From: Leucoraja erinacea
Lineage: Eukaryota
Direction: 5' to 3'
DNA: 64,000 bases
NCBI RefSeq assembly: GCF_028641065.1
Contig: NC_073407.1
Span: 20,150,001-20,214,000, forward strand
Numbering within the stretch: position 1 is the first letter of the stretch; every line of letters starts with the position of its first letter. A program made the position numbers and the translations under genes. Shown piece after piece: positions 38,901 to 50,516 of this stretch. The notes beneath the pieces are model-generated. The model ran no database searches, was not told where the DNA came from, and saw only the letters and a program-made list of their open reading frames with translations.

Positions 38901-41900
38901 AATATTTGGAATTCTCCAACCAGTGTTCAGTCATTTAATATATTCAAGGCTGGAACAACGGACTAATGGAATTGAGAGTTATTGAGATAGAATAGGAAAG
39001 GTGGAGCAGGCCCAAGGAGCTGTATGATCTAGAAATATTGGCAGGGATTTGTTTGGCAATAGTACTTCCACAGCAGAAGGGTTCAGGACTGTAACACAAT
39101 AGTGAAGAACCCATGGACAGTATATATCCAGAGTGGGACAGTATTTGATCCGGAGTGGAACTTGGTATTGAAAATGGACTAATTTGATGGAAATGGTGCT
39201 GAACATTTTAGTTGTTGTTTACAGAGGTTTCAATAATAAAGTTGAACTAATATATTTAGCTCTAATGGAATTGAAAATGGAGCAAGAAATTAGATGGAGG
39301 CAAGAGAAAACATTGGGTTTATAGTTAATTTGAAGACAAAGTGAATATCTAATCAACCCTGAGCTGAAATTCTGGACATTTGTATATTGAATTCTGTTTA
39401 ACCCTGTGCAAAGCAGTGTGGTAAATTGAAGTACTTCACTTAAAATAATTTTGGTCTTGTGTGGTGGAGTTTGCTCAGATATCATATGTAGATATAACGT
39501 GGTAACATAATTTGATAAAATGAAATCCTTCAACGTGCAGAATAATGCACTGTCAGCTAGTGGACGGACCATGTGCCTAGAATAGTTTCCTCGTATTATT
39601 TTGCCTATTGTCCTCCCTGGTCACCAGAGAACTGTCTCCGCTGCCATGCAATCTTGCTTTAGAATAAAAAATGATCCATGTAATGGCACGGGGATACAAT
39701 TAGTGAGGACGTTGCTTGTTTCAGTCTTTTGAAAAGTTGAAATGCTTTTAATCAAAAGTCATTTCGTTTCAGAACTGCACCATAGAAAATGGCCAAATTA
39801 TATCTGCGTTTGCATTGCAATGACTGTGCATCAAGTTCTGCAACAAATTCTCACTTAAAAGGGGAATCAATATTCATCAATCCAAATCTGGGTATAAGGA
39901 TATTTTTCTTCATTTTCTGTGTCTTCATTGCTTCAAATGCACTATTCTTACTTTGATATTTCGGATCTCTTTGCTGCCTTAGGATGGCGACTTCTGCTTT
40001 GGAACTGCAGTAGACTTTGGAGTTGGTTCAACACGCTAAAAGCAAAACTAATCACTTAGTGAGCGGCTGTCCTCAGGCATATTTAACTTGACCTTCCTAA
40101 ATTCTCTAATTCATTCCTCTAATGATATTGCAAGGAATTTTTACAAAACCTGAGCTTTTAATTTCTGAACATTTGTAATGTATATACTTCACACTGGAGT
40201 GTCTGTGCTCATCTCAGCTGATCTGAATGTGTCTGTCCATCTCGGTGTTTATGACTGTGTTTATCTGCCTCAGTCCTTCCCTATGTGCGAGTGCGTGCGT
40301 TCATGCAGATGTTGGCCATAAATATCTGGCTATTGTTTATCTGCAAGTGCAGTGATTGCCTTCTGTGCTTTGTCTGCCATTACCTACATCTGTAAAATAA
40401 CCTTCTTATCCCGCTTTCTGCCCATGTATATTTGCTTTACTTTGCTTGTGTGTGTCAGACAGTACCTTTCACCGTCTGGTTGTGTTTGTCTAAACATATG
40501 TTTGTATTAATACTATATATACTATTTCTAAATGTTTAACTTGTCACCTCAGTTCTCATGAGTAAGATGCTTCCTTTTTTCAAACTTGATAAGTGAGTTC
40601 CTCTTATCAGACAGTGGGTTCCTTTCGAAAAGCAGCACGCTGGGAACTGCCTTTGGGTCCCATCTCCAAAGATCGGGTGGGGGATTTCTCTGTCCCAAAG
40701 GCCCAGTTTTTGGTGAGTACTAGAAAATCTATAATTTTAACAAAAATAAAGGCCAAGGCTGGGCTGATCACAGTCAGTTTGTAGTTTGATTTGACACAAG
40801 CTAGAAAGTTTTGTCTCTCAGAGTTGTAGTCCAATAATGTCTATTCCATTTGAGCACAGGCATTAATAACAAAACTTTAATAGGCAAATCACTAAACTAA
40901 AATCGGCATGACTATAGACTATTATCTGAATGGTGGCCGATTAGGAAAAGGGGAGATGCAACAAGACCTGGGTGTCATGGTACACCAGTCATTGAAAGTA
41001 GGCATGCAGGTGCAGCAGGCAGTGAAGAAAGCAAATGGTATGTTAGCATTCATAGCAAAAGGATTTGAGTATAGGAGCAGGAAGGTTCTACTGTAGTTGT
41101 ACAGGGTCTTGGTGAGACCACACCTGGAGTATTGCGTACAGTTTTGGTCTCCTAATCCGAGGAAAGACATTCTTGCCATAGAGGGAGTACAAAGAAGGTT
41201 CACCAGACTGATTCCTGGGATGTCAGGACTTTCATATGAAGAAAGACTGGGTAGACTTGACTTGTTCTCGCTAGAATTTAGAAGATTGAGGGGGGATCTT
41301 ATAGAAACTTACAAAATTCTTAAGGGGTTGGACAGGCTAGATGCAGGAAGATTGTTCCCGATGTTGGGGAAGTCCAGAACAAGGGGTCACAGTTTAAGGA
41401 TAAGGGGGAAATCTTTTAGGACCGAGATGAGAAAACCATTTTTCACACGGAGAGTGGTGAATCTGTGGAATTCTCTGTCACAGAAGGTAGTTGAGGCCAG
41501 TTCATTGGCTATATTTAAGAGGGAGTTAGATGTGGTCCTTGTGGCTAAAGGTATCAGGGGGTATGGAGAGAAGGCAGGTACAGGATACTGAGTTGGATGA
41601 TCAGCCATGATCATATTGAATGGCTCGAAGGGCCGATTGGCCTACTCCTGCACCTATTTTCTATGTTTCTGTACTATGGATGCTGGGAATCTGAAATAAA
41701 AGCACAAATAAACTGGAAAGGCAACAGATCAGGCAACTTCTGAAGAAAAGTCTTTCACTTCTATCACATTTTTCATGACCTCTGGACTGCGCCAGATTAT
41801 TTTGCCAATCCTCAAAAATCTCTCCATTCTCCTTTCAACTGTATATTTATTTCTGTTCCCCATGGGGTTACTAACCCACTTAGAAAGTGGGAGTGGGTTG

Positions 41901-44052
41901 AGCAGTTCTTTTTTGACCATTGACAAGATGGATCATATAGTCTTATTTTATGTTTTAAAGTTTCTATGTTTTCTGTGAAGATACCCACGGTGCAGTGGAT
42001 AAGAAGGGATACCTTGCCGAAGTTAGCAGACTATAGTTCACCAGTGTATCTGTGCCCAAGGTCTCTGCACTTCAGGAAATAGGATGGGGATTGAACGGGA
42101 TTACAAAATTGGTGTGGGGTGGAGGGGGTGTGCACATAGCGTGGAGGAATTTGAACAGTGAGAATTTCATTTTGGAGGTGATGGGATACTTGGATTTATT
42201 GTAGATCAGCAAGGATGGTATAGGTGAGTGTAACATGATGCCAATTCAGACGCACTTTCTGGTTGAACTTTGTGTGGAGATGAGCCTCATCAGGAGAGTG
42301 TTGGAACAATCTGAATCTGGAGGTTGAGATTTTTGACAGGATTTTATTGGCTGATGTACTGCAGACATTTCTGGCTCATTCGGATCAACAATCTGTTGGC
42401 ATGCAATGTTCGCAGAGTTTCTTGATCTTCCAATGTACTCTCCAAGAGGATCATAGTCTAAGGAGGATCTCCCTGACTATGGTATAATAAAGCTCTTTCT
42501 CTGGAGGCCAAATGTGAGGACTGAAGAATACTTGCTTGGAGTTGGCAAACATGTGATTCCTTGCTAGACAGTTGCCACAGTTGAAGTCAGTACTGACTTC
42601 CAATTCCTATCTCGGCAACTCTTCTTGCCCAAAACCCACTGAGGTTGCTGCACTAATCCAATTTGATTTTTTTTTGTGCATAACCTTTTTCTTTCATTGA
42701 TGGCCAGAAATCTTTCCTCCAAACCCAAGATTCTTTCCCCCCCCAATCCCCTAAAATCTCTCTTTTCCATTTTTGTCCGTGGTCTTTTAAAGATGCAGCC
42801 TGCCTTGCTGAGTATTTCCACCACTTGCTTTTTTTTCCTGTGAAACTAATCAAGCTTTGGCCTCCCATCCTTGTGACTACATTACATTTTGTTTGATTAA
42901 ACACTTGTGAAAAGCCATCTTTAGCTATACTTTTAAACTCTGGTACCTTTCATCCAAAATCCGGAGGCTCTGATTTCTTTATTATAGTAAGTTATGATCT
43001 AGAGTGCATTGTCTGACAAGTATAGTGAAAGTAGGTTCAGTAATAACTTCCATTAGGTATTAAGTATACATAATGGAAAAAAGAAGTCACATGGCCATGT
43101 GGATGGAACGTGGGAGGGAGGCTAATTGCATCCCATTTAGAGCTCGCACAAACATGTAAAGTTAATTGACGCCCTGTGCTGTAAGAATTTTATGAAATTG
43201 TTACAAATTGTATGGCTGCTGAGACAAAGTTGAGTTGGCTCAGCCCCATCTCGTAGAATGTAACCATAGCAACTTATTCATATTATCCAGAGCACCATGT
43301 GGGCTATAAAGACCTAGTTTTCATCTGTTCAGAGTTTGAGTGTAAATATCTGAAAGTTCAGCAGGGTGTGAAACCGCGACCCATATATTCAATGATTGGA
43401 ATGCTAGTGTTGAATTCATGTCCGGGTTTTGACTCAAAATAGTTTATGTGATTCTTGTGGACTCCATTTCCAGGGGACCACAGCAATTAGTCTCTAAGGA
43501 TTTGTGAGCTGTCATTAGATGTAGATTGTGGCTCTTTTGCAAACATTCTTTGCCTCTGAATTAGGTGTGTTTATTCTTGTCCTACTCCCAAATATTATAA
43601 TCCAGACTGACACTCGCAGTACAGTTTTGAGGGAATGTTGTATTGTTAGAAAGGCCACACGGGGGATGTTAAAGCAGGTGCATTTCTTACACCTCAAATG
43701 ACGGTAGAAGTTGCAGGAGCATCAATATGCCTCAAATTTGATAGCCAATATCTATTGCTTAACCTTCACTGATTAAAAACAAAACAAATTATACAGTTGT
43801 TATCTCAATGTATGGAACTTTGCTTTGTGTAAATTGACTACTGTGTCTTCTATGTTTAAAAATACTATATTCTTTTTAAAGCTACAAACATGGCCTATGT
43901 AATATTCTGACCGTGAAAGTGTTCAAATGTTTAATTGGTATATATTTTGTCTCCTCCCCCACCCCTCCCCTCACACTGCTGACCAGGATTATCCAATTTC
44001 CGATGTTGACCTGATCCTGAAGAAAGCAAAAGAACTACAGGATTCTGCATAG
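21136..44052 (+). CDS. TBC1D13: TBC1 domain family member 13 (Rab-GAP), complete, 397 aa
   Basis: Exons 21136-21158, 21937-22010, 22858-22898, 27661-27722, 29707-29806, 30780-30862, 31050-31209, 31713-31914, 33703-33866, 35033-35193, 36787-36844, 43987-44052 total 1194 nt in one frame. R-finger IDKDVRR and Q-finger YVQGMNE are intact. Matches vertebrate TBC1D13 as recalled. Confidence 0.97.
21362..21549. mobile_element. Penelope-derived foldback element forming a 63-bp perfect hairpin
   Basis: 21408-21470 is the exact reverse complement of 21474-21536; loop GGA. Confidence 0.8.
21937..22010 (+). CDS. TBC1D13: TBC1D13 exon 2
   Basis: IEEFRIALNEPKISLTKLRELCFS. Confidence 0.93.
22858..22898 (+). 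CDS. TBC1D13: TBC1D13 exon 3
   Basis: GIPFEGGLRSLCWK. Confidence 0.93.
25385..25570. repeat. 48-bp minisatellite (~4 copies) inside Helitron-like unit
   Basis: Unit GGTTGAAGTAAAAAGGCACTGCCTGCAAATGGTTGTTTGGGGGGTTTG; appears as a 16-aa repeat in ORF 25355-25624. Confidence 0.85.
25946..26155. repeat. Second 48-bp minisatellite (~4.3 copies) inside Helitron-like unit
   Basis: Unit ~CACCCTGCTTGAAATGGTATGAAACTGCATTTGAATTTGGTGGCCTTG; 16-aa repeat in ORF 25857-26429. Confidence 0.85.
27661..27722 (+). CDS. TBC1D13: TBC1D13 exon 4
   Basis: ILLNYLPLEQAQWNSSLKKQ(R). Confidence 0.94.
28140..28974. mobile_element. Possible DNA-transposon-derived MITE (PIF/Harbinger-like) with internal poly-C and (GT) tracts
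   Basis: Right end AGTAGGACAGTCCCTT resembles an AAGGG.CTGTCC.ACT TIR; left end degenerate; low-complexity interior. Confidence 0.3.
29707..29806 (+). CDS. TBC1D13: TBC1D13 exon 5
   Basis: EIYAQFLKEMIIQPGIAKANLGIFREDVTLEDH. Confidence 0.95.
30502..30742. mobile_element. Penelope-derived foldback element with hammerhead-like cores on both strands
   Basis: Inverted arms ~30538-30634 / 30643-30740; CTGAAGA-A-GGGTC-TC-GACCC-GAAAA-GTC on + (30648-30675) and a mirror copy on -. Confidence 0.7.
30780..30862 (+). CDS. TBC1D13: TBC1D13 exon 6
   Basis: PLNPNPDSRWNTYFKDNEVLLQIDKDV(R). Confidence 0.96.
31050..31209 (+). CDS. TBC1D13: TBC1D13 exon 7
   Basis: RLYPDMAFFQRPTDYPCLLIMDPQNEFETLRRRVEQTTLKSQTVAHNRSGVTN. 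Confidence 0.96.
31713..31914 (+). CDS. TBC1D13: TBC1D13 exon 8
   Basis: VCSPRKTTSANEYEVLPNGCEAHWEVVERILFIYAKLNPGIAYVQGMNEIVGPVYYTFATDPNTEWK. Confidence 0.96.
32525..32692 (-). mobile_element. CR1 LINE 3' terminal fragment
   Basis: Nearly identical to the 3' ends of the CR1 copies at 17912 and 41670; (TAGAAACA)n tail on +. Confidence 0.85.
32896..32936. repeat. (TTA)n microsatellite
   Basis: About 13 perfect ATT units. Confidence 0.9.
33703..33866 (+). CDS. TBC1D13: TBC1D13 exon 9
   Basis: HAEADTFFCFTNLMSEIRDNFIKSLDDSQCGITYKMENVYSTLKEKDMDLYLKL. Confidence 0.96.
33895..34184 (-). mobile_element. tRNA-derived SINE, HE1/V-SINE-like
   Basis: Reverse-complement homologue of 4325-4536, with CR1-like tail. 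Confidence 0.7.
35033..35193 (+). CDS. TBC1D13: TBC1D13 exon 10
   Basis: QEQNIKPQFFAFRWLTLLLSQEFLLPDVIRIWDSLFSDVDRFDFLILVCCAML. Confidence 0.96.
36787..36844 (+). CDS. TBC1D13: TBC1D13 exon 11
   Basis: LIRDQLLVGDFTINMRLLQ; CAG|GTGAGG donor. Confidence 0.94.
40611..40712 (+). CDS. Candidate in-frame cassette exon of TBC1D13
   Basis: TTCCTCTTATCAG acceptor, TTG|GTGAGT donor; 102 nt, phase 0-0 like the host intron, no stop codon. Confidence 0.35.
40914..41670 (+). mobile_element. CR1 LINE 3' fragment
   Basis: ORF2 C-terminus LYRVLVRPHLEYCVQFWSP...RRLRGDLIETYKILKG...WNSL with an internal stop; CTATGTTTCT tail. Confidence 0.92.
43987..44052 (+). CDS. TBC1D13: TBC1D13 exon 12 (stop)
   Basis: DYPISDVDLILKKAKELQDSA*. 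Confidence 0.95.
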   Translation, partial: DYPISDVDLILKKAKELQDSA

Positions 44053-47000
44053 CAACGTTGCAGCTCTGTTCAATATTCCAAAAACTGCCAGATACACACA
44101 TACAGCAAATATTTGGTGTGAAGGTGATCAAACCCACCTCTGTAGTGCCTTCTGAGATAACTTCTCCACACTGCTATGCAGTGTGTGGCGAAAGAGGTCT
44201 TTTACTCTGTACTTTGCAAATCTTGTGATTTTTCTCATCTCATCCCATTTATGTCACCACCCACCAATCCCTCCCCACCAACCCCTCCCCACTCTCTTCT
44301 CCTCTTGTCTTTTCCCTCCCCGAACCCATGGGTAAAAAATCCTGAGAGATTCTTGATCTTTCTCTCTCCGCTGTGAATCAATGGTGCTAGGTATGGTCTT
44401 TGTTCATTCATAGGCACACCAAATGAAGGTTAATGTCCTTTCATGAAGGAATATGGTTGAAGATTATAAACCATCCCTTATCACAGAACTAAAGGAAGCA
44501 AAAGCACAATTCTCATAACATTGAGTCGATGCTAGATGCTTGCTGTCTTTATTGCTGTGATGGAGAGCTTGATTCATGAGAGATTGGTCAGCGGGTGAAA
44601 GATCAGTTACTGAGTCAAGCACTTCAAATGGAACTGCCCAACCCACACCAGAAACACTTAATCTAATGTTGCTTTAAAATGCAAACTGTAAACTCCTCGC
44701 TGTCATGAATTTTGAAACGTACAATAAGCTTTACCATGTTTCCGGTACTAACAGGAATACGCCCGCAAGAAATGAAAGTTTTGTCATGTTTTGAGGGACC
44801 AGGTGGTGTTTGACCAAAACTTTTCCAGGCATCAAAGCAATATTTTACAGGTCTAAGCCACTGCCTGTGGTAGTTAATATTTCCACCACATCCTACAAGG
44901 TAATATTGTCTAAGTTCTTCTTTCACAGTTGTGAGCAGCATTTGAATGATAGTATAGACTTTCACTGATTGCCTCCCAGAGTAAGATCTGTTAATTGCTG
45001 CTGATTTGGACAAAATGCAAAATGTTTTGTTCCTTGACATTTCAGCTGCTGGTAACTCACACTAAGCACTCAGATTTGCTACATATCATATGAATCCGTG
45101 GTCATATCACCAGAGTTACATAAGATTTATACTACCCTCCAATTTCCCATGTTGAAGCTACAAAATATTTTTTTGTGATATTTTGAGTGTAACTCTTGGC
45201 GAGAGCAGTGGAAGGGGTTAAACATAAGGAGCTTTGCGAAACATTGTCCAAAGTGAAATCATTTCTCTTAAATTTCCACCATTAACCCTCGGTTACTTTT
45301 GCTTCAAACACAGTTCACGGTTCAATTTAAATTTTAATAGTTATAGTTATACAAAAGATTTCAGCCAAGATCCAAAGCATACAAAAGCAGTTTGTAAAAA
45401 ATACCAATCTGAAGTTATCAAGTTTAATCTTTTAAGTGCAAATGTCAGGTTTACAGCTAATATTGATTTTCCTAAAGTTATATTTCTTTAATTTCTTACC
45501 TATTTGTTACTTAATACTAAATCATCCTGACATTTCTATTTAAAAGAAAGCTTCACCTAACAAAAATGACTATTGCTGAAATGATACCAGATCTGTTAGA
45601 TCTTGTAAAACATCATGGGAAAATTCCCATTTCGATTTCTGACTTTAACCACGTTTTAATCCGCTATTAGATTTGCCTGTGACTTTGGATTTACCCTGAC
45701 CTTATTGAAAATATATCATAGCCCATATAAAATAATATTAGCTTAGAAATGGGCTGGACTAAACTTGCAGCATTTAATTCCTACAATTGGTCTTTCTAAA
45801 AATCTTGATAGTTCTTGGAGGACAATTACACACCATAATGAAGTGTGAAGGCTGCATGAATTATTGTGTGACGAATGTATAGATCCAGAAAATATCATCA
45901 TTCTACTTTTCAATGTTTGCATGAATTTAAAATCAACCCGTAGTTCAGTTAGTCTCCAGCGTATGTAATGTGGTTTGTATTTTGATAATTGGCGCAAACT
46001 ATATGTGACTGTGACAGGACCCACAATCTTTACCAGACATCACTACTTCACTGATCAGACACCATAACTCTTGATGTTCTTGCTGTGGACCTAGGGTTAA
46101 GGACCTGGAGTTGCCCCTTCCACCCACCTAGGGCCATTTAATGCAATTACTGCTGTTACTACGCCAGTTGATCTTGTATTTTGCCCGTACTCTGCTCCCA
46201 TCTCAGCGTTCTTCACAGTTTAAAATAAAAATTTGAATGGAATAGGCAGCACAGAGGAAATTGCAAGACCAACTGAACACTTTCAGTGTTGGGTAAGCAA
46301 AAGGAGCTGGCAACTTTAAAAACATATAAATGGATGGAAGAAACTGAGCATTCAGCTGCCTGCTATCAAAATATATAACAGTGAACTTTCTGCTGTAAAT
46401 GCTCAGTGAAGTTTTCATACAGCTCACTTCCTTTGACATGTACATCTGCAGGTTTGTTAGTGTGATGTGATGTTAAGATATGGAGAGTATTCTAATGTTT
46501 TGAAGCCCTGCTTTGCCTTGTTCCTTTTCCCATTCGATCTTTGTCTGACTGCCTTGTTTTATTCTGTACGAAGAGAGGTCTTGTGTTGTTTTTTCGATGG
46601 GAACGAGAGCCCTTGTTTGTCAACATGCCAGAAGCTCCTCTGTGGTGCATGCATGACATCAATGTATCACAGTGTGCAAACTAACTACACCTGACAGTAT
46701 TAAAACATTTATTTTCAAATGATGCTGGGAGAATCTCATAGGGGTATGGACTCTATTTAAATCTTGTTAAATTTCCTCCAATTAATCTTAAAATATCCTT
46801 CAGATTCACAGCACGTAATAATATAATCCTTTCCAATCCTTCATAAATCCTATGAATTTGAAGAAATAATTTAGTCACTCCCATCTGTTTTTTTTGCCAC
46901 TCAGTAGAATTGTGGTCAGGTTGTAACTTAGCTGTCCATCTGCTTTTTTTTTTTACTTTACTATATAAACTTGGTCTTGAAATATCAAGTGTGTTTGATA

Positions 47001-47526
47001 TCCACCACACTTTGTTTCGTGACATTATGGCTAACAATGGCGTCAATTTAATGGTCGTCCCCTTTGTTCTGCACCACACCAAGGGAATTTTGCGATATCA
47101 TCCTCACGGTTTGTTCACCTTTCGTTGGGACAAACCATTGAAAACGTTGATTGAAGGTTGCCGAGGCTGTCGTAGTTGGACTATTGGGTCTCAAACTGTC
47201 CAGAGGAGGCCGTTTTGAGACTGCAGTTTTATATCATGGTGGACCAGACTTTCCCTTGCACCTTCTCATCAAGGGAAAATTCCAATTTAATCCTGATTAT
47301 TTTTCAAATTTTATAAATATATCAACAAGTACATCTTGAATCTCATATTAGCCTAGTCATTGTCTGCTGCAATCTTAACCCCTTTGACATCTCTCTCCCA
47401 CTGATATTTCCCCACATGTGAATGCAGGTGTCCATGTCTACCTTACTTATGTAATCCCGTCTTCTATTGACCGCCTGGCTAATGGTGCAGTATTGTGTTC
47501 GAAACAGTTTTTCTTGTTTCAAATAC

Positions 47527-47532
47527 AATAAA
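47527..47532 (+). terminator. Candidate TBC1D13 polyadenylation signal (distal alternative AATAAA at 49993-49998)
   Basis: AATAAA in AT-rich, UTR-like sequence; usage not provable from DNA. Confidence 0.3.
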
Positions 47533-50516
47533 TAGTAAAAAGCTTTTTAAAAAAAAAAAATTAAAATTAAAAAAAAATCTTATTCTGGTGAATGGAGTTT
47601 AGTTTCACAAGGTTGTCATGTACTCATTATTTCTCTAATCTCTGGCAAAACTATAATATACTCAACTCCGGTAAAGGAAAGATTACCAGCACTGCAAGAT
47701 GAATTTGGATCAGGTGGGCATATGGAGAAAACTGACTGCCCCACAGCTGCAGTAGCGATCCCGGTTTCTATGCATGTTGTGCATGTTGCATTTTCTGCAT
47801 ATCTGTCTTGCATTATTCCTCAAGCACCCGATGTGCATGCAAGTGCTTTCTATTACATTGTATCTGCCACTCCCTGTCTTACCTTTCATGAAACCCAACA
47901 AAATGTCTATCTTGTATACGCTCTGACTGCTTTCTGTTCATTGGTATTCTATTTCTCATATACTGTACTTATTTCCACGTACAAGCTTGCAGTCTGTAGA
48001 TGTTGGTTTCTCCCCTTAAATGAGAGAACATAAATTGTCTTTCATGTACAGTCTCAGTGTCTGTTTTTCACTCATTCACGCATTTGTGTCACACTCAATG
48101 CCGTCTCTTTGTGTGTTATGGGAGAGGCGGTGGTCAGTGTTGGAACAAAGGAGTTAAAATAAGTGGCAACAGAAAGACTTGTTTCTGCATTTGTGCGGTG
48201 TGATTTAAGAGTTGCTTGAAACAAGTTTAATATGGTTAGAATTATGTTCATTTATAATTAGATATCAAAAGAACGGTTATGGTTTATTGTGCTGATGCCA
48301 CAGCTATCAGGGCATGTTGACACTAATGAGAGACCAAAAACTGTTTCAATGAGTAGTTTCACCTAAATGTAGTAACTATCTATCTGTCAAACTGTGAATA
48401 TTATTTTTATGTTGCGTTACAAGTTACAACAGGTTTGGTTTTCAGGGTTGGGGATTAATGTACAGGAGCTCTGCAATTTATCCCATCTGTGAGCAAAGCC
48501 CAATAGTGCTAATGGGGTGAGTGGAGATATTGGGAATTAGACATTGAGTTGGAAAACCGATTTAAAGCTTTTACTTTGACACTTGCACTTCATTGCTGCT
48601 GAGAGGCTGTGGTCAATGTCATGGATGCTGTGGTGCTGGTGGATGCAGTTTCTAGGTGTGGGAAGGAAGCTTGGGTAAGCTTCCAACTGCTTCCAGGGTT
48701 CATCTGCAGCTAGATTAAGATGCAACTCATTAGTAGATGGTTGATGGTCCACCTGATCCCAAGCTTGTGGAACTGTGATCCAACAGCAAGGGTGCTGCAT
48801 TTCTGCCTGCTCAGATATGAAATTGCTAAGTCCAACATATTAAGTTCATTAATATGAATCTGTGCTCTCAGAACAGAAAATGGCCTTTGTTTGCATGGTG
48901 GTATAGAGGGAAGGAAAAAGACAAGATGGCAGGTAATTTTCCAACAGCAAGCTTGCCATACGCCAGAGAGAACTTTAATTTTGAGTTAAGTGATACCAAT
49001 TGCATTCACCTCCCAAGATTTGTCATAATCGAAAATGTTGAACATTTGTGATTAATCTGGGATTGAAGCATGTTAAACAACCACTATATATAGAATTATT
49101 CTCTGAAGCTAATAATGCTCCACCCACAACTGCTGATTATTTACAATGACAGTCACGGAATCCTATATAGGAGAAAACCATTGATACGTTTGTGTTTCTC
49201 TACTTAAACATTTGCATGTGCCATCAAAAGCATAAATGCGGGAATAAATGGCTTATGTGTTTTCATTAAATTATTTGGGAATTGACGAAGGCAGCAATGA
49301 AACAAACTAAATTACAGTGCAGGAAGGAATAAATGACAATTGCCAGTGTATGATATATAGAAACTGGAATATGTTGCATTGTAAAAGCTAGTAAATTATT
49401 TTTGTGTCATTAATAATGTAAACTTTTATTTCATGCAGAAAATAGCCATTTGTTGAGTGGCAAGTTTATAATTTGCTGCATTTTGCACAGGTCAAAAAAA
49501 TCAAATCAATCAATTCAGCGCATCAGAAATGCAACAAAGAAAGGAAGTTTATTTACTACGACAGCACAAATGTTATTTTACTGAGGAATTATAAGACAAT
49601 GGTATATAAAGGGATTATGTTTTTTTCTGTTGATTACGACCTTGGATTAGTATCTCCCCACATCCTCCTCCATCCCTGTGTGTCACCTGTCCAATGGTCA
49701 CTGTAAACTTAAACAGGGTTCATTATCTAAATGCCTCCAATTCTTAAAATAAATAAGTCAAACAAGCCATTAGTGTCTAGCACCCAATGACGGTTTTGGA
49801 GGAAGGGGCATTTCATTTGAGCTTCTTCCACATAAGCTCTTAATTGTGTTTTTGGTTTCAATGAAGGTTTACTTAGTGTGATATTCCAATGACTGTTAGT
49901 AATGTTTTCCCAAAACGATGTGCACTTGTATTTAAAAAAAAAAAAAAAAATTTTTACAAATTGCGCTTAATGTCTGTGAATTTTAGAATTGAAATAAAAT
50001 TGTTAGCGTATTTTGTTCAAAATGCACAATGTATATTGTTGTTTTGAAAAAATAATTAAAAAATATATCCATATTATTTTGGTTGTTTGAAGTAATCTTT
50101 GTGCATCATTAGTTCCAGGTATTTGTCCATCTTCAATTCTCAACACTGCCATTTTTCAGCCAAGCTTTATCTTTCTAGGCATCAAGCTGTAGAATTCTAT
50201 TAATAAACCTACTGCCCTTTCCATGTCTGAAGATGCTCCATGAAAACTACGTCATTGCTTCCTTCCATCTTCATGGTGCATTGCATCAGGAAGGCTGGAA
50301 GTACTGTCAAGTATACCTATCATCTTGGCCATTCCTTTTTTCTCTGTACTACTTTCTGGAGAAGGTACAGGAAGTTGAAAATTTAGATATCCAGACTTAA
50401 AGTTTAAGTCACCTGCCTAAAGGTTTCCTTCTGCGGCCGTGTCAAATTTAGTTGGCTGATGTCTGGCACCTTAGGGCATTTAACTATATTACGGATGCTG
50501 TATAAATATAGATTTA

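Noticed and set aside
41097-41591. 164-aa ORF as a host gene (also 17995-18408 and 63128-63448)
   Set aside because: CR1 ORF2 C-terminal remnants, 5'-truncated.
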